64,000 bases of DNA from an uncultured Bacteroidales bacterium (GTDB taxonomy: Bacteria > Bacteroidota > Bacteroidia > Bacteroidales > CAIXZF01), in the NCBI GenBank assembly GCA_964605655.1, contig CAZSDK010000006.1, positions 7,341 to 71,340 on the forward strand, in the 5' to 3' direction. A model generated the notes under the pieces. The model did not search any database and had not been told where the DNA came from. It was given only the letters and a program-made list of their open reading frames with translations. Positions 63,784-64,000 of the stretch are shown here, piece by piece (position 1 is the first letter of the stretch; every line of letters begins with the position of its first letter). Both the position numbers and the translations under genes were made by a program.

Positions 63784-64000
63784 TCAATACCGTAAGAGGT
63801 TAAGAGATCCTGGTATTCTTTTGAATACCTTCTTCTCAGCTGTTCTTTCCCCACCAGATCCTGGATCTTCAGAATGCCGTCGATGATCTGCTCCGGACGT
63901 GGCGGACAACCCGGCACATAGACATCCACGGGGATGATCCGGTCGATGCCCTGCAGGACGCTGTAGGTATCGAAGATCCCGCCGCTGGAGGCACAGGCAC
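63780..64000 (-). CDS. nuoB: NADH-quinone oxidoreductase subunit B, C-terminal part (N-terminus beyond the window end)
   Basis: Not in the ORF track. Hand translation of the reverse strand gives [48 protein letters not shown]...YGIE-stop. The stop TGA overlaps the nuoC ATG (ATGA). Confidence 0.9.
   Translation of the reverse strand, partial: ACASSGGIFDTYSVLQGIDRIIPVDVYVPGCPPRPEQIIDGILKIQDLVGKEQLRRRYSKEYQDLLTSYGIE

Overview
A 64-kb, gene-dense chromosomal segment that looks Bacteroidota-derived. Evidence for that origin: four type-A T9SS C-terminal sorting domains, a FISUMP-domain protein, a coaX/OMP/TPR/lptC/GldE-like envelope cluster, and 14 exact TAnnTTTG -7 promoter boxes placed just upstream of start codons. 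No tools were available, so all functions come from motifs I recognise by eye.

Housekeeping genes:
- nuoB-nuoN (13 genes, minus strand, nuoB cut by the window end), followed by rdgB
- mrdA-rodA
- coaX through lptC
- mce/mmdA/mmdC
- udk, aat, elbB, pepP
- DPP-IV, a DEAD-box helicase, a MATE pump and tRNA-Phe(GAA)

Accessory parts:
1. A T9SS cargo cluster at 1-11.3 kb. It includes a protein of more than 1559 aa that the ORF track misses because it runs off the window start, and an M6 metalloprotease with a CUB-like module. A low-GC AAA_14/DUF4143 ATPase island interrupts the cluster.
2. A block at 38.9-45.5 kb with an orphan 570-aa secreted protein, an XRE-HTH regulator preceded by three micro-repeat arrays, a small OMP, a FISUMP protein, a T9SS cargo gene and a duplicated GC-rich hairpin (REP-like) region.
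3. A block at 47.0-51.35 kb where one composite AT-rich element (a 13-bp tandem array plus a 32-bp TTACTT-rich core) occurs three times. It brackets a small phage-type gene and an asymmetric heterodimeric ABC exporter operon.

I found no CRISPR array, transposase, integrase, reverse transcriptase or recognisable defence or toxin genes. The most unusual signal is the three-copy composite element, whose function is unknown.
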